This document shows positions 28,915-38,117 of a DNA stretch of 64,000 nt, piece by piece. The stretch comes from an archaeon (GTDB lineage: Archaea; Micrarchaeota; Micrarchaeia; Norongarragalinales; UBA97). Where the stretch lies: positions 1 to 64,000 of the forward strand of contig JAGVFW010000004.1 in NCBI GenBank assembly GCA_020057405.1, read 5' to 3'. Both the position numbers and the translations under genes were made by a program. Below the pieces are notes generated by a model. That model made no database searches. It was not told the origin of the DNA and saw only the letters and a program-made list of their open reading frames with translations. Numbering within the stretch: the first letter of the stretch is position 1; each line of letters begins with the position of its first letter.

Positions 28915-30512
28915 CGCCGCGCCCTCTTTTTGGAGGTTTTTTCGAGAGCCTCGATTTCGGCTAAGCGGTCAAGCTGGATTGAGAACTTTTCGACAAGCTG
29001 GCTGTAGTCCTGCTCGACGATTTCCTTGTTCTCGTAAGCGTTTTCAAGCGCGTTTAGCTGCGTGATAAGCACTTCCCTGACTTTTTGCGCGCGGGCACGT
29101 TCCTCGACTTGGGGTGCCTGCGTGATTATTGCGTCAAGCTTGGCTTCAATGACGGCCATGCCGCGCTCGAGTTCCTTGTTGATTTCCTCGTACATTCGGT
29201 TGCTGACTAGGCCGGCCTTCCATTCTTCGCGCAAGTGCCGCCAAGCAATCATCATCGTCTTGAGCTCGGTTGCTAGCCGACGGTAGCTTTCCCCGATAGA
29301 GTCCTCCGAAACGCCCATCAGTCCGCGCACCGCGCGCGTTGCAGTAAGGCTCGTGATAAGCACGGTGAGGATGATTACGACGATGGTGATGTTGAATATC
29401 GCCTCGGCCTCGGCCGCCGGGAACACGCCGCTTGCAGAGCGGGCGAGGATGATGGAGGCAAGGGCTGCCGATACGCTGCCGCGCGGGCCGCCAAGCCACG
29501 CGATTAGCGCTTTTTCCCTAAACGAGAAGCTGCGGTCGAAAACCATGCTGACGAAAATGGTGAGGGGGCGCACGATTAGCATGAAGGAGACGGCGATGAG
29601 GCTGCCAACGAACAGGTAGGGCGAGAGCTTGGCGAGCTGCACTTCTGCGCCAAGCACGAGGAAAATCACCGAGATTGCGAGGAAGTTAAGGTCATCCCAA
29701 AGGGAGAGCGTGCGCAGGCGGTTGATGCTGTCAACGCCGGGTCCCTGCAAAAACTGGCGGAAGATTAGGGCGGTGACGACGACGGTTATCACGCTGCTGA
29801 TGCCTAGCGTCTCTGACACGCTGTAGGAAACGAGGAGGATGACTAGCGAGGCGAGGACGAGGTTGCTCTCGATGCGGAACTGGCGGAACAGTTCGGCAAA
29901 TGCAAAGCCTATGACCGCACCGACTATAGTGCTGGCGGCCGCGATGTAAATGAACCGAAAAACGCCCTCGCTGATTGAAATGGAGCCGCCCGTTGCCAGG
30001 CCAAGCACTATCAGGAAGATTGTAATTGCGCTTGCGTCGTTAAGCGCGGTCTCGGCTTCAAGCACGGTCGAGAGGCGTTTGTTGATGTTGAGCTTTCGGA
30101 GGACTGGAATGATGGCGGCCGGGTCGGTGCTCGCCAGGATTGCGCCAAGCAAAAGGCTTGAGAGCCATGAGAGGCCGAGGAACAGGTGGGAAAAGAAGGC
30201 GAGGCCGCCGACGGTGACTACGACTGCTACGGTGTTTATCGAGAAAACCGTGAGCCAGATGCTCCTAAGCGCGCGGACGTCGGTCTTCATCCCGTCGTAA
30301 AACAAGATTATTGGAACTGCAAAAAGCGCGAGGGAATCGAGGCTGATGCCGAGTTCGGCTGGCTTAAGGAGACCGAGCACGTCGCCGCCCATAAGATAAC
30401 CGGTCAAGAGAAGCGGGAGGACTTCGGGAATGCGAAGGCTGCGGCCAACGCGCGCAGCGGCTACGCCGGCAACAATGATGAGAATCAACTGGTTGATTGC
30501 CAACTGCGACAT
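28911..30512 (-). CDS. CPA1 (NhaP-type) cation/H+ antiporter with C-terminal helical extension
   Basis: STDPA, ETALND, GPRG motifs; about 12-13 TM helices. Confidence 0.9.
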   Translation of the reverse strand: MSQLAINQLILIIVAGVAAARVGRSLRIPEVLPLLLTGYLMGGDVLGLLKPAELGISLDSLALFAVPIILFYDGMKTDVRALRSIWLTVFSINTVAVVVTVGGLAFFSHLFLGLSWLSSLLLGAILASTDPAAIIPVLRKLNINKRLSTVLEAETALNDASAITIFLIVLGLATGGSISISEGVFRFIYIAAASTIVGAVIGFAFAELFRQFRIESNLVLASLVILLVSYSVSETLGISSVITVVVTALIFRQFLQGPGVDSINRLRTLSLWDDLNFLAISVIFLVLGAEVQLAKLSPYLFVGSLIAVSFMLIVRPLTIFVSMVFDRSFSFREKALIAWLGGPRGSVSAALASIILARSASGVFPAAEAEAIFNITIVVIILTVLITSLTATRAVRGLMGVSEDSIGESYRRLATELKTMMIAWRHLREEWKAGLVSNRMYEEINKELERGMAVIEAKLDAIITQAPQVEERARAQKVREVLITQLNALENAYENKEIVEQDYSQLVEKFSIQLDRLAEIEALEKTSKKRARR

Positions 30513-30514
30513 TA

Positions 30515-30973
30515 CTAGTCACCAGCCAGCCGCAGTATTTTAACCAGTGGGCCGACGGGACGGCCGTCGAGCGAAAAAGAGAGTGAGGAAGAGGATGCGC
30601 TCGCGATGAGTGAGGCATTGGCGTCGGGCTCGACCCCAAGGAGCTCCAGGATTTTGCTGCCCGTCGCGTCTGTTGCAACACCGCCGACTTGCTTGAAGAG
30701 GCGCGGCTTGTCCTCCGGGGCTATGATGCCGGAAAGAATCAGGCTAGGCCGCCATTCATTGCCCTCAAGGAAAGCGAACTTGCGCGGGTTGCCGTGGTCC
30801 TCGCCGATTAGGAGCACGCGGCTAATGCCAAGGGCGTCTGCGCGCTCGACGATTTCGGCAATGCTGCGCTTGCCACGGTTCTCGGACTTGGCTCCAAGCA
30901 AGGCAACGAGCCAATGGACTAGCCTGCGGGTGAGGACTGAAGGCTTTCGGGAGGTGGTAATGTAGAGTGCCAT
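30515..30973 (-). CDS. Brix/Imp4-domain ribosome biogenesis protein
   Basis: ITTSRKPS..TR, RGK.S, GNP motifs; ATG at 30973. Confidence 0.85.
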   Translation of the reverse strand: MALYITTSRKPSVLTRRLVHWLVALLGAKSENRGKRSIAEIVERADALGISRVLLIGEDHGNPRKFAFLEGNEWRPSLILSGIIAPEDKPRLFKQVGGVATDATGSKILELLGVEPDANASLIASASSSSLSFSLDGRPVGPLVKILRLAGD

Positions 30974-30978
30974 TTCAA

Positions 30979-31068
30979 TCAACCGGGCCAGAACTCGCGT
31001 ACGAAGGCAAACACCGAGTAGGCGGCAAGGGCGACTACGGCGAGCCAAATTACTAGACGGAGCTTCAC
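30979..31068 (-). CDS. Putative 29-aa single-TM microprotein (not in ORF track)
   Basis: MKLRLVIWLAVVALAAYSVFAFVREFWPG* with a GTG start; fills the copA-Brix gap. Confidence 0.4.
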   Translation of the reverse strand: MKLRLVIWLAVVALAAYSVFAFVREFWPG

Positions 31069-31096
31069 GCAAGGATTAGGCCGCCCTAGGCTTAAA

Positions 31097-33298
31097 TTAC
31101 TTGAGTGGGGGCTTGTAGAACCGCATCAGGCTCGCGTTCGTCGTCACGGAAACGCTGGAAAGCGCCATTGCCGCACCCGCAATAGCTGGGTTAAGCATAA
31201 AGCCGGTGAATGAATAGAGCACGCCTGCCGCAATTGGAACGCCGACAAGGTTGTAGGCAAAAGCCCAAAACAGGTTCTCCCGGATTTTGCCCATCGTGTA
31301 GCGGCTCAAGTCGATTGCGGTAATCACGTCACGCAAGTCGTTCTTCACAAGCACGATGTCGCCAGCCTCGATGGCCACGTCGGTGCCGCTGCCAATCGCG
31401 ATGCCCACATCAGCAGCCGCTAGCGCTGGCGCGTCGTTGATGCCGTCGCCAACGAAAGCCACTTTGCGGCCTTCAGCCTGGAGCTTGCGCACTTGCGCCT
31501 CCTTCTGTTCGGGAAGAACTTCGGCCAAAACCTCGTCAATTCCCGCTTGGCCGCCAATCGCTGCTGCAGTGCGCTTATTGTCGCCAGTAATCATGGCCAC
31601 GCGCAATCCCATCTTCTTGAGCTGCGTGACAGCAGCAGGAGTAGTGGACTTTATAGTGTCCGCAACCGCAAGAACTCCCGCAACTTTCCCGCCGACTGCA
31701 AGAAGCACTGCAGTCTTGCCTTGGCGCTCAAGTGAGGCGAGTGAGCGCTCTGCAGCCGCGTCCACGCGGACTTTGCCAAACGCCATCAGCTTGCGCGTGC
31801 CGACAAGCACCCGCCTGCCGGAAACCACGGCCTCGACTCCCTTGCCCGAATGAGACTTGAACTTCGAGACTGCCGCAGGCTTGATTCGTCGCGCCTTGAC
31901 GCCAAAAACAATTGCCTCGGCAACCGGATGTTCGGAGTGCATCTCGGCCCCGGCTGCAATCGACAAGAGCTGGTGTTGCGAAAAGCCGCCAAGCGCAACC
32001 ACATCGGTGAGCTTGGGCTTGCCCTCGGTGAGTGTGCCAGTCTTGTCAAACACCACCGTGTCGATATCGCGAGCCGACTGCAGCGCCTTTGATGTCTTGA
32101 AGAGAATGCCGTGCTCAGCACCAAGGCCTGTTCCCATCACGATTGCGGTTGGCGTTGCGAGGCCAAGGGCGCACGGGCAGGCGATGATGAGGACCGCAAC
32201 CGCTGCGGTAAAAGCAAACGGCAGGGTCGCTCCTGCAACGAAATACCAGTAGACAAACGCGAGGGCAGAAACTAGGGCAACCGCGGGCACAAAATACGCG
32301 CTCACCTTGTCAACGAGCTCCTGGATTGGCGCCTTGCTTGCCTGCGCGTCCTGTACCATCTTAATGATTTGGGCGAGCATGGTCTCGCTGCCAACCTTGG
32401 TTGCCTTAAAGCGCAGAAAACCGTTCTTGTTTATGGTCGCACCGATGACGGTGCCGCCCTTTTTCTTGAGAACAGGCATGCTTTCCCCAGTCACCATCGA
32501 CTCGTCAACCGCGCTCTCGCCATCGACGACGATACCGTCAACCGGAATTTTTTCGCCGGGCTTCACAAGGACAATGTCGCCAACGAGAACCTGCTCGATT
32601 GGCACTTCAACCTCGCGGCCCTTGCGCACAACACGGGCAGTCTTTGCCTGCATGCCAATGAGCTTCTTTATCGCCTCGCTCGTGCGACCGCGGGCGCGCG
32701 CTTCGAGGAGCTTGCCAAGCGCGATGAAGGTTAGAAGGAAGGTGGCGACCTCGTAGTAAAGCGCACCCGGGAAACCAAGCGTGGTTGCCACGCTGAAGGC
32801 AAAGGCGGCGCCAACGCCAATGGCAAGAAGCGAGTCCATCGACGGGCTGCCGACGAGAATCGCCTTCGCGCCGCGCACGAAAATCACGCGGTTGACCCAA
32901 AGCACGGCACTAGCGAGCAGCATCTGAGCGATTCCGGCAGAGGGCATTAGCTCCTCTGGCACGAAGGCCGGAACAATCCCCAGTTCGGACAAGAACATAG
33001 CAAAAAGCGGCAGGCTGAGCGCTAGCGAGAACTTGAAGCGGAAGGCGTAAGACGCGATTTCCTTCTCCCGCGCCTCCTTTTCCGTGTCCGTGCCTACTGG
33101 CCACGGCTCGGCGTCAAAGCCCGCGTCAATGACGGCATTGCGCAACTCGTCGAAGGAAGCAGAGCCTTCAACGTCGGCGCGGTCGCCGGCAACGAGGGCG
33201 CTGGAAACGCCTTTTACTGAGCGCAAGGACCGCTCAATTTTAGCCAAGTCGGCTTTTGCTGAAGCGCCCAGTATGTGTAAAACGAGTTTTCCTGCCAT
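31097..33298 (-). CDS. copA: Cu(I)-translocating P1B-1 ATPase
   Basis: TGES, CPC, DKTGT, SEHP, GDGIND, plus the P1B-1 YN and MxxSS motifs. The N-terminal HMA-like domain lacks CxxC. Confidence 0.93.
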   Translation of the reverse strand: MAGKLVLHILGASAKADLAKIERSLRSVKGVSSALVAGDRADVEGSASFDELRNAVIDAGFDAEPWPVGTDTEKEAREKEIASYAFRFKFSLALSLPLFAMFLSELGIVPAFVPEELMPSAGIAQMLLASAVLWVNRVIFVRGAKAILVGSPSMDSLLAIGVGAAFAFSVATTLGFPGALYYEVATFLLTFIALGKLLEARARGRTSEAIKKLIGMQAKTARVVRKGREVEVPIEQVLVGDIVLVKPGEKIPVDGIVVDGESAVDESMVTGESMPVLKKKGGTVIGATINKNGFLRFKATKVGSETMLAQIIKMVQDAQASKAPIQELVDKVSAYFVPAVALVSALAFVYWYFVAGATLPFAFTAAVAVLIIACPCALGLATPTAIVMGTGLGAEHGILFKTSKALQSARDIDTVVFDKTGTLTEGKPKLTDVVALGGFSQHQLLSIAAGAEMHSEHPVAEAIVFGVKARRIKPAAVSKFKSHSGKGVEAVVSGRRVLVGTRKLMAFGKVRVDAAAERSLASLERQGKTAVLLAVGGKVAGVLAVADTIKSTTPAAVTQLKKMGLRVAMITGDNKRTAAAIGGQAGIDEVLAEVLPEQKEAQVRKLQAEGRKVAFVGDGINDAPALAAADVGIAIGSGTDVAIEAGDIVLVKNDLRDVITAIDLSRYTMGKIRENLFWAFAYNLVGVPIAAGVLYSFTGFMLNPAIAGAAMALSSVSVTTNASLMRFYKPPLK

Positions 33299-33306
33299 CG
33301 TAATTC

Positions 33307-33513
33307 TCACACTGCCGTGTCGTAGCCAGCCTTCTTGACTGCCTCGCGTATCTGAGTAGGCGAAGCCGCACGCGGGTCGTAGTCAACAGCCATCTTGCCG
33401 GATGCGAAGCTCACGTCAACCCCGCTAACGCCGGCAACCTTGCCGACAGCCTTCTTAATGGTGGCCGCGCAGCTGGCGCAATCCATTCCGCTTACCTTGA
33501 AATTTGCTTTCAT
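33307..33513 (-). CDS. copZ: CopZ-like HMA metal chaperone
   Basis: [15 protein letters not shown], 68 aa. Confidence 0.9.
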   Translation of the reverse strand: MKANFKVSGMDCASCAATIKKAVGKVAGVSGVDVSFASGKMAVDYDPRAASPTQIREAVKKAGYDTAV

Positions 33514-33788
33514 TGTCTCAACCCCCAATTGTAAGTAACTGCGATTAGCCAGCCGACGAAACCGCCGACGAGCAAGCCGAGTGCCGCCCCGACAAACAAT
33601 CCGCCAAAACCAAAGGCGGGGCTGCCAAATTGCATCATGCCGTAATACCGCGAACCGAATGCGCCGGCCATCATGCCCGACGCCCCCCATCCGAAAAGCC
33701 CCATGCCCGCGTGCAGCACGACGCCAGTCAAGGCACCTGAAATTGTGGCGGCCTTTTCATTCAATTTTCCGTACATCTTCATTCCCAT
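33510..33788 (-). CDS. Small Gly/Met-rich membrane protein, similar to 36432..36692
   Basis: Two TM segments ending G.LIAVTYN; 4-nt overlap with copZ. Confidence 0.6.
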   Translation of the reverse strand: MGMKMYGKLNEKAATISGALTGVVLHAGMGLFGWGASGMMAGAFGSRYYGMMQFGSPAFGFGGLFVGAALGLLVGGFVGWLIAVTYNWGLRQ

Positions 33789-33801
33789 CAACCCCAAAAT
33801 T

Positions 33802-34722
33802 TTACGAAGCGCCGGCCCAGGCGAAAGCCGCGCGCGGGCCCCAGACGAGCAGGGCGCCGAAAACCGCGAACACCGCGACGTTCGCTGCAATCGACTTTGC
33901 CAATATCGGCACTGACGAAGGCAACACGCTGCCGCCCTCGCGCAACATCATGTACGAAAGGCCAAGCAGGACGAATATGCACGACGCAAACAGGAAAATC
34001 AGGAATAGCAGGACGTTGTCGTTAAAGAGCATCACCGAAAGCATCGCGCCCATTGTCCCGGACATTATGCCCGCCATCAGGCCTTCAAGGATGCCCATCA
34101 CGCCGTTGCGCGCCCCGGCAATTGCGCCCATGCCCATGCCAATAGCCATGCCGACGATCGAGCCAACGAGCATTCCGTTTGCCGCGCCCGAAAGCGCACC
34201 CGCCAAGAAGCCCGCCATCATTCCTATAGTCATGCCTATCATCATCCCACTCATGCACGAGAAGGGCTGCCTAAACGCGCGGAAGTGGATGAGTGCCGTG
34301 CTGCACGCGACAGTGCCCACCGCGGCGAGTGCCAGCAAGGGCACGAAGCGCGGGGAAACAATCTGCAGCACATAAGTTAAGAGAAACAAGCCAGCGAGCA
34401 TGATAAGAAGGGAAAACATCGACGACTCGGCAATGCGCCGCTCGGCGTCAAAGTCCGTCGAGTTCGACAAGAGCTTCCCCAAGAACGCCAGCGGCCTCGC
34501 CATCACGCCCCGGTTGGTGTCGTTCCCGTCAACGCCGTAACCCGCCTCAATCAAGGCCGCCTTTAGGTCGTCGAGTTGGGCGTCCGAATTGACTTCCACC
34601 ACGAGCCGTCCCATTGAATAGTCGATGTCCTTGACGCTAGCGCCAATTCTCTCGACAACCCGCGAGATGACGCGGGCGCACGAATCGCATTCAAGGCCAG
34701 TAAGCCTGAGTTCATGTTCCAA
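33802..34722 (-). CDS. HMA-domain protein fused to a Met-rich multi-TM domain
   Basis: GLECDSC, then MSGMMIGMTIGMMAG, GMAIGMGMG and GLMAGIMSGTMGAM. Confidence 0.8.
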   Translation of the reverse strand: MEHELRLTGLECDSCARVISRVVERIGASVKDIDYSMGRLVVEVNSDAQLDDLKAALIEAGYGVDGNDTNRGVMARPLAFLGKLLSNSTDFDAERRIAESSMFSLLIMLAGLFLLTYVLQIVSPRFVPLLALAAVGTVACSTALIHFRAFRQPFSCMSGMMIGMTIGMMAGFLAGALSGAANGMLVGSIVGMAIGMGMGAIAGARNGVMGILEGLMAGIMSGTMGAMLSVMLFNDNVLLFLIFLFASCIFVLLGLSYMMLREGGSVLPSSVPILAKSIAANVAVFAVFGALLVWGPRAAFAWAGAS

Positions 34723-34723
34723 T

Positions 34724-34930
34724 TCAATTCCCCCCGTTTACCTTGTAGCCCTCGGCCTCGATTGCCTTTCGGGCTGATTCAAACTTTGCCTCGTCATGCG
34801 CCTCGGCCTCCACAATCCCCGCGGCATAGTCGGCCCGCACTACTTTTAGCCCGGCGTCCTCGACGGCCATGGTCAAGAGCTTCTCGCAGCTCTTGCAGTG
34901 CATTCCTTCAACGTGAAAAGTTTTTCTCAT
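34724..34930 (-). CDS. Second CopZ-like HMA protein
   Basis: VEGMHCKSC, 68 aa. Confidence 0.88.
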   Translation of the reverse strand: MRKTFHVEGMHCKSCEKLLTMAVEDAGLKVVRADYAAGIVEAEAHDEAKFESARKAIEAEGYKVNGGN

Positions 34931-35374
34931 TTAAACTGCCTCCAAAGTCTTATGCAAACCCCAGTACACCAGGGCTACCGAAGCGGCAGCCAGCACGGTG
35001 CCGTAAGCGGAAAGGAAGTAAAGCGACTGCGCGCCCACCAGCCACGCGAGAACCGGCGGGCAGTAGGGGCACGCGCTTGCGAGCAAGCCCACCGAACCCC
35101 CCGCGACCCCAGCCGCGCAGGTCTTTGGGGAAACGCGTTTCAGGTAAAGCCACGCTGCCGCGAGCAAGCCGCTGCCTGCCGCTGCCAGCACCATCAAGAC
35201 TGCAGCCACGGGCTCTATCCCAAGGGGGTTGGACTCCATCGTGCCAAGAATGAAGAAGTTGCCAAGCACCGCGTAGGCTGCCGCAAGCACTATGGTCACG
35301 ACCGCGAAGGCTGCCGCCGGCGCCTTGTGGGATAGTATCCTGCGCAGTTTCGCAAAGTCTTTCAAGCAACTCAA
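34931..35374 (-). CDS. Small Cys-containing membrane protein (MerC/MerT-like architecture)
   Basis: About 4 TM helices; TC...ACPYCPP. Confidence 0.6.
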   Translation of the reverse strand: MSCLKDFAKLRRILSHKAPAAAFAVVTIVLAAAYAVLGNFFILGTMESNPLGIEPVAAVLMVLAAAGSGLLAAAWLYLKRVSPKTCAAGVAGGSVGLLASACPYCPPVLAWLVGAQSLYFLSAYGTVLAAASVALVYWGLHKTLEAV

Positions 35375-35817
35375 CTCGCCTCAAGCACTCCCCGAAACAT
35401 CCTCATCGAGCAGCTGTATTCATATTTGCCTGGCTTGGGGGTGAATTCCGCCACCTGCTCCTCGCCGTTTCGCGAGACCAGCTGCACGCCGAAATCGCGC
35501 ATGATGAAGGCCCTTCCACAGCCCGCGCGGGGGTCTGCAGAGAAGTGCACCCTCACCGGCTCGTTGGCCCTTACTTTTACAGTAGGCTTGTCGTAAACGC
35601 CGGCGTCAAGCGCGCGCAAGTAAATGTCCTGCACGCCGCTAGAGCCCTGCGGGGTTGGCGTTATGCCCTGCTGTGCAGGCGCTTGGCTGGCGTCTTGAGC
35701 GTAGGTGGGCGCAGCCTTAAACGGCCTGGCACCAGCGGTACCCGCAACCATGAACAAGCCGACTACCACCATTACTCCCATGAGTAGCGTTATGAGCGCA
35801 AGATTGCCTTTCAACAT
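35371..35817 (-). CDS. Membrane-anchored cupredoxin-domain protein
   Basis: TM helix plus GC...EFTP.PGKYEYSCSMRM (CupA-like cupredoxin). Confidence 0.85.
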   Translation of the reverse strand: MLKGNLALITLLMGVMVVVGLFMVAGTAGARPFKAAPTYAQDASQAPAQQGITPTPQGSSGVQDIYLRALDAGVYDKPTVKVRANEPVRVHFSADPRAGCGRAFIMRDFGVQLVSRNGEEQVAEFTPKPGKYEYSCSMRMFRGVLEAS

Positions 35818-35871
35818 TTTTCCAATCCCCCGCGGCCGCTTTCCGGCGAGCTTAAATTCTTTTCCACAGTA

Positions 35872-35912
35872 TTTCATTGACTGAAACAATACTTATAGAT
35901 TGGTGAAACAAT
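35872..35912. promoter_or_regulatory. Divergent promoter with candidate operator repeats
   Basis: TTTCA-N5-TGAAA palindrome (35872-35886) and a TGAAACAAT direct repeat (35882, 35904) flanking TTATA. Confidence 0.5.
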
Positions 35913-35938
35913 GTTTTGGAAGGACGGGGAGACGTTTC

Positions 35939-36430
35939 ATGGCCGGAAACTTTAGCTTGCGGCGGCGCGTGGGCCTAGCTGCGGCAGTGGCAGGCGCCTT
36001 TACGCTGCTGTTTACCGTACTCGTGTTTACCTACAGCTTCCCAGCAAGCACACCCGACTCGCTCAAGGTATTCATCATCTACCACTTCGAGTTCATGATA
36101 GCGATGGTTGGCCTCGGCGTCCTCGCCGGCGCGGCAATACTTTACCTGATGGGCGAGGAAGTCAAGCACCAGCACGAGGAATCAAAACTCAACGCCGAGC
36201 TCGCCCTCTCGCTCCTCCACAGCGACGAGCGCAAGGCAATCAAGCTGCTTTTGGAAAAAGACGGGGTTGCCGGCCAGGCGGAAGTCGCGCGCCTCGACGG
36301 GATGACGCGCCTCAAGGCGCACCGGACCGCCAAGAGCCTCTCCGCCCGCGGCCTCGTATCTCTGGAAAGAAACGGCAAGGCCGTCAACCTCAAGCTCGCC
36401 GACAACGTCCTGCAGGCGCTGGCGAAATAA
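35939..36430 (+). CDS. Membrane-anchored winged-HTH transcriptional regulator
   Basis: Two TM helices, then DERKAIKLL..GQAEV..RLKAHR..L..RGLV. Confidence 0.8.
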   Translation: MAGNFSLRRRVGLAAAVAGAFTLLFTVLVFTYSFPASTPDSLKVFIIYHFEFMIAMVGLGVLAGAAILYLMGEEVKHQHEESKLNAELALSLLHSDERKAIKLLLEKDGVAGQAEVARLDGMTRLKAHRTAKSLSARGLVSLERNGKAVNLKLADNVLQALAK

Positions 36431-36431
36431 G

Positions 36432-36692
36432 TTACTTGCGCGAGAGGTGGTTGTAGATTTTCGCGAACGCTGCGCCGGTGACGAGCCCGAAGGCAACCCA
36501 CGCAACGAGGCCGACCGCGAAGCCGCCGGCCGTGGGTAGTTGCGTCGCAAGCACCACGCCGTGAAACATTCCCCGTCCGAGTGCACTCAAAGTGTCAGGA
36601 AACGCGTAAGCAGCAGCCGAACAAATCGCATACCAACCGCCGAGCACTCCTGCCAATGAAACGCCAGCCGCCTTTGCATCCATTCCAGCCAT
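36432..36692 (-). CDS. Small membrane protein (DUF5676-like)
   Basis: YAIC...MFHG...GAAFAKIYN; two TM helices. Confidence 0.65.
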   Translation of the reverse strand: MAGMDAKAAGVSLAGVLGGWYAICSAAAYAFPDTLSALGRGMFHGVVLATQLPTAGGFAVGLVAWVAFGLVTGAAFAKIYNHLSRK

Positions 36693-36802
36693 ACTCAACC
36701 ACCCCGGTTCGCCGGCCTCAAGCGGCCGAACACAATCGCATCATGCCTGGGGCCGCCGCGCAAAAGCGGCCGGAGCACATCAAAACCTGCGCAGCCTGAG
36801 CG

Positions 36803-37567
36803 CTATGCCTTGAATTTTGCAGCTGCGCTGAACTTCGCCTTTGCCGAGGCAACGAAGCGGCCGGTGCCTTGCACACGGTCGGCGTAGCCGTCGGCCGCCA
36901 GCTCGTCGCCAGAAAGGTCGTTGAAGAACGACGGCCGGCTGAACGGGAGGAAGAGGCCGTAGAGAACCGACAAGACCTTGAAGCTTGGGCTCTTGCACGA
37001 AAGGTGGTAAAGCTCATGGAGCGCAACCGCCTCTTGCTCTTTGCGCGTGAGGAGCTCAAGGACGCCAACAGACACCACAATGGTTGGAGAAACCGCAGTC
37101 ATTGAATAAGCGACTGGCGCGTGCACTTGAAGGACCATCAGCCGCGGCGCCGGAATGCCTAGTTTGGCTGCCTCGGCGCGAACAAAAGCGGCGAGCGGAT
37201 TGGCGCGGTCAATAGGCGCGCAATTGAGCGTCCGCAAAGTCGGGATTAGCAGGTAATAGAATGTGAAGGCAAGCACTAGAGATACCGGAAACACTAGGAG
37301 GAAAGTTTGGGAAATGGTGACCGCGCACTCAAGCGAGTGGATTGCCGAACAGCTTAGGCTCAAGGCAAGCAAGGTCAGCGGAAAGGCAACTGCAAGCAGG
37401 TTGAGGAACATCAGGAGGCTCTTGCGCCTGAGATTTGCCTCCTTGCGCACCGCCGAGTAGAGCAGCAGGGCAACCATTATTGAAGAAATGAACAGGCCGA
37501 GCTTAAGCGGGTCGGCGACAAAAGCGCTGACGCCATCAAGCACGTGCTCAACCATCAGGTTGTCCAT
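36803..37567 (-). CDS. M56/M48 membrane zinc protease (BlaR1-like, no penicillin-binding sensor domain)
   Basis: Three TM helices, HELYH and ELAAD; directly follows the BlaI-like gene. Confidence 0.85.
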   Translation of the reverse strand: MDNLMVEHVLDGVSAFVADPLKLGLFISSIMVALLLYSAVRKEANLRRKSLLMFLNLLAVAFPLTLLALSLSCSAIHSLECAVTISQTFLLVFPVSLVLAFTFYYLLIPTLRTLNCAPIDRANPLAAFVRAEAAKLGIPAPRLMVLQVHAPVAYSMTAVSPTIVVSVGVLELLTRKEQEAVALHELYHLSCKSPSFKVLSVLYGLFLPFSRPSFFNDLSGDELAADGYADRVQGTGRFVASAKAKFSAAAKFKA

Positions 37568-37579
37568 TTTGGTTTTTCC

Positions 37580-37969
37580 CTATTTATTATTACTGAATCG
37601 CTCGTTAAAATAGCTGACTGCTGTTGCCCCGAACATGGCCACCAGCCTGTCGGCGACAGTCGCCAAGACCTTCTTCTCCAACTCGTTCTTCGAGCCTGCA
37701 GGCGAGTACAAGTAGTATGTGCCACCCCGGCCCGTAAGCGCCCGCCGCGTGACTAGCCCCTTGTCAAAAAGCCGGTCGAGCAGCACTGCTACGCTAGTCA
37801 CCGCCGCCTTTGAGCGCAGCTTCAAGTGCACCTCGCGCACGCGCATTGGCGACTGGCTAGTGCAAAGCACGTCGAGGATTTCGCCCTCAAGCGGGCCGAG
37901 GAAAGAGTCGAAAGACTGCTTGCTACCGCCACGAGCGAGTCTGATGTTGTTCAGCCTTACCATAACCAT
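37580..37969 (-). CDS. BlaI/MecI/CopY-family repressor
   Basis: LGPLE.EILDVL..VREV..TSVAVLLDRLFDKGLVTR..YLY. Confidence 0.9.
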   Translation of the reverse strand: MVMVRLNNIRLARGGSKQSFDSFLGPLEGEILDVLCTSQSPMRVREVHLKLRSKAAVTSVAVLLDRLFDKGLVTRRALTGRGGTYYLYSPAGSKNELEKKVLATVADRLVAMFGATAVSYFNERFSNNK

Positions 37970-38012
37970 CCAACTCTTACATACACTTCTTGCACACACC
38001 ACTATTAAAGAC

Positions 38013-38059
38013 TTACTGCTTCAGTAAAGCTTATATATTAGCTATTACAAGATATGTAA
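38013..38059. promoter_or_regulatory. Two TTAC-N7-GTAA palindromes flanking a TATA element; probable BlaI/CopY operators
   Basis: TTACTGCTTCAGTAA (38013-27), TTATATATTA (38031-40), TTACAAGATATGTAA (38045-59). Confidence 0.65.
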
Positions 38060-38117
38060 GACTTACAAGCGCGCGTTGCTTTGGCTTGGTTTGTTTGAAA
38101 AAAAAGGTGATGGGAAT

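Noticed and set aside
30975-31095. Structured ncRNA (5S or SRP-like) between copA and Brix
   Set aside because: No conserved 5S or SRP motifs; a short TM-coding frame explains the gap better.
33581-34375. Long antisense and alternative-frame ORFs (also 12008..12847, 43591..44397, 49080..49817 and many others)
   Set aside because: They are shadows of well-supported genes in GC-rich coding sequence and carry no motifs of their own.
36718-36780. 20-aa Cys-containing micro-ORF MCSGRFCAAAPGMMRLCSAA on the minus strand
   Set aside because: Weak SD, no recognisable motif and GC-rich self-complementary sequence; cannot be distinguished from chance.
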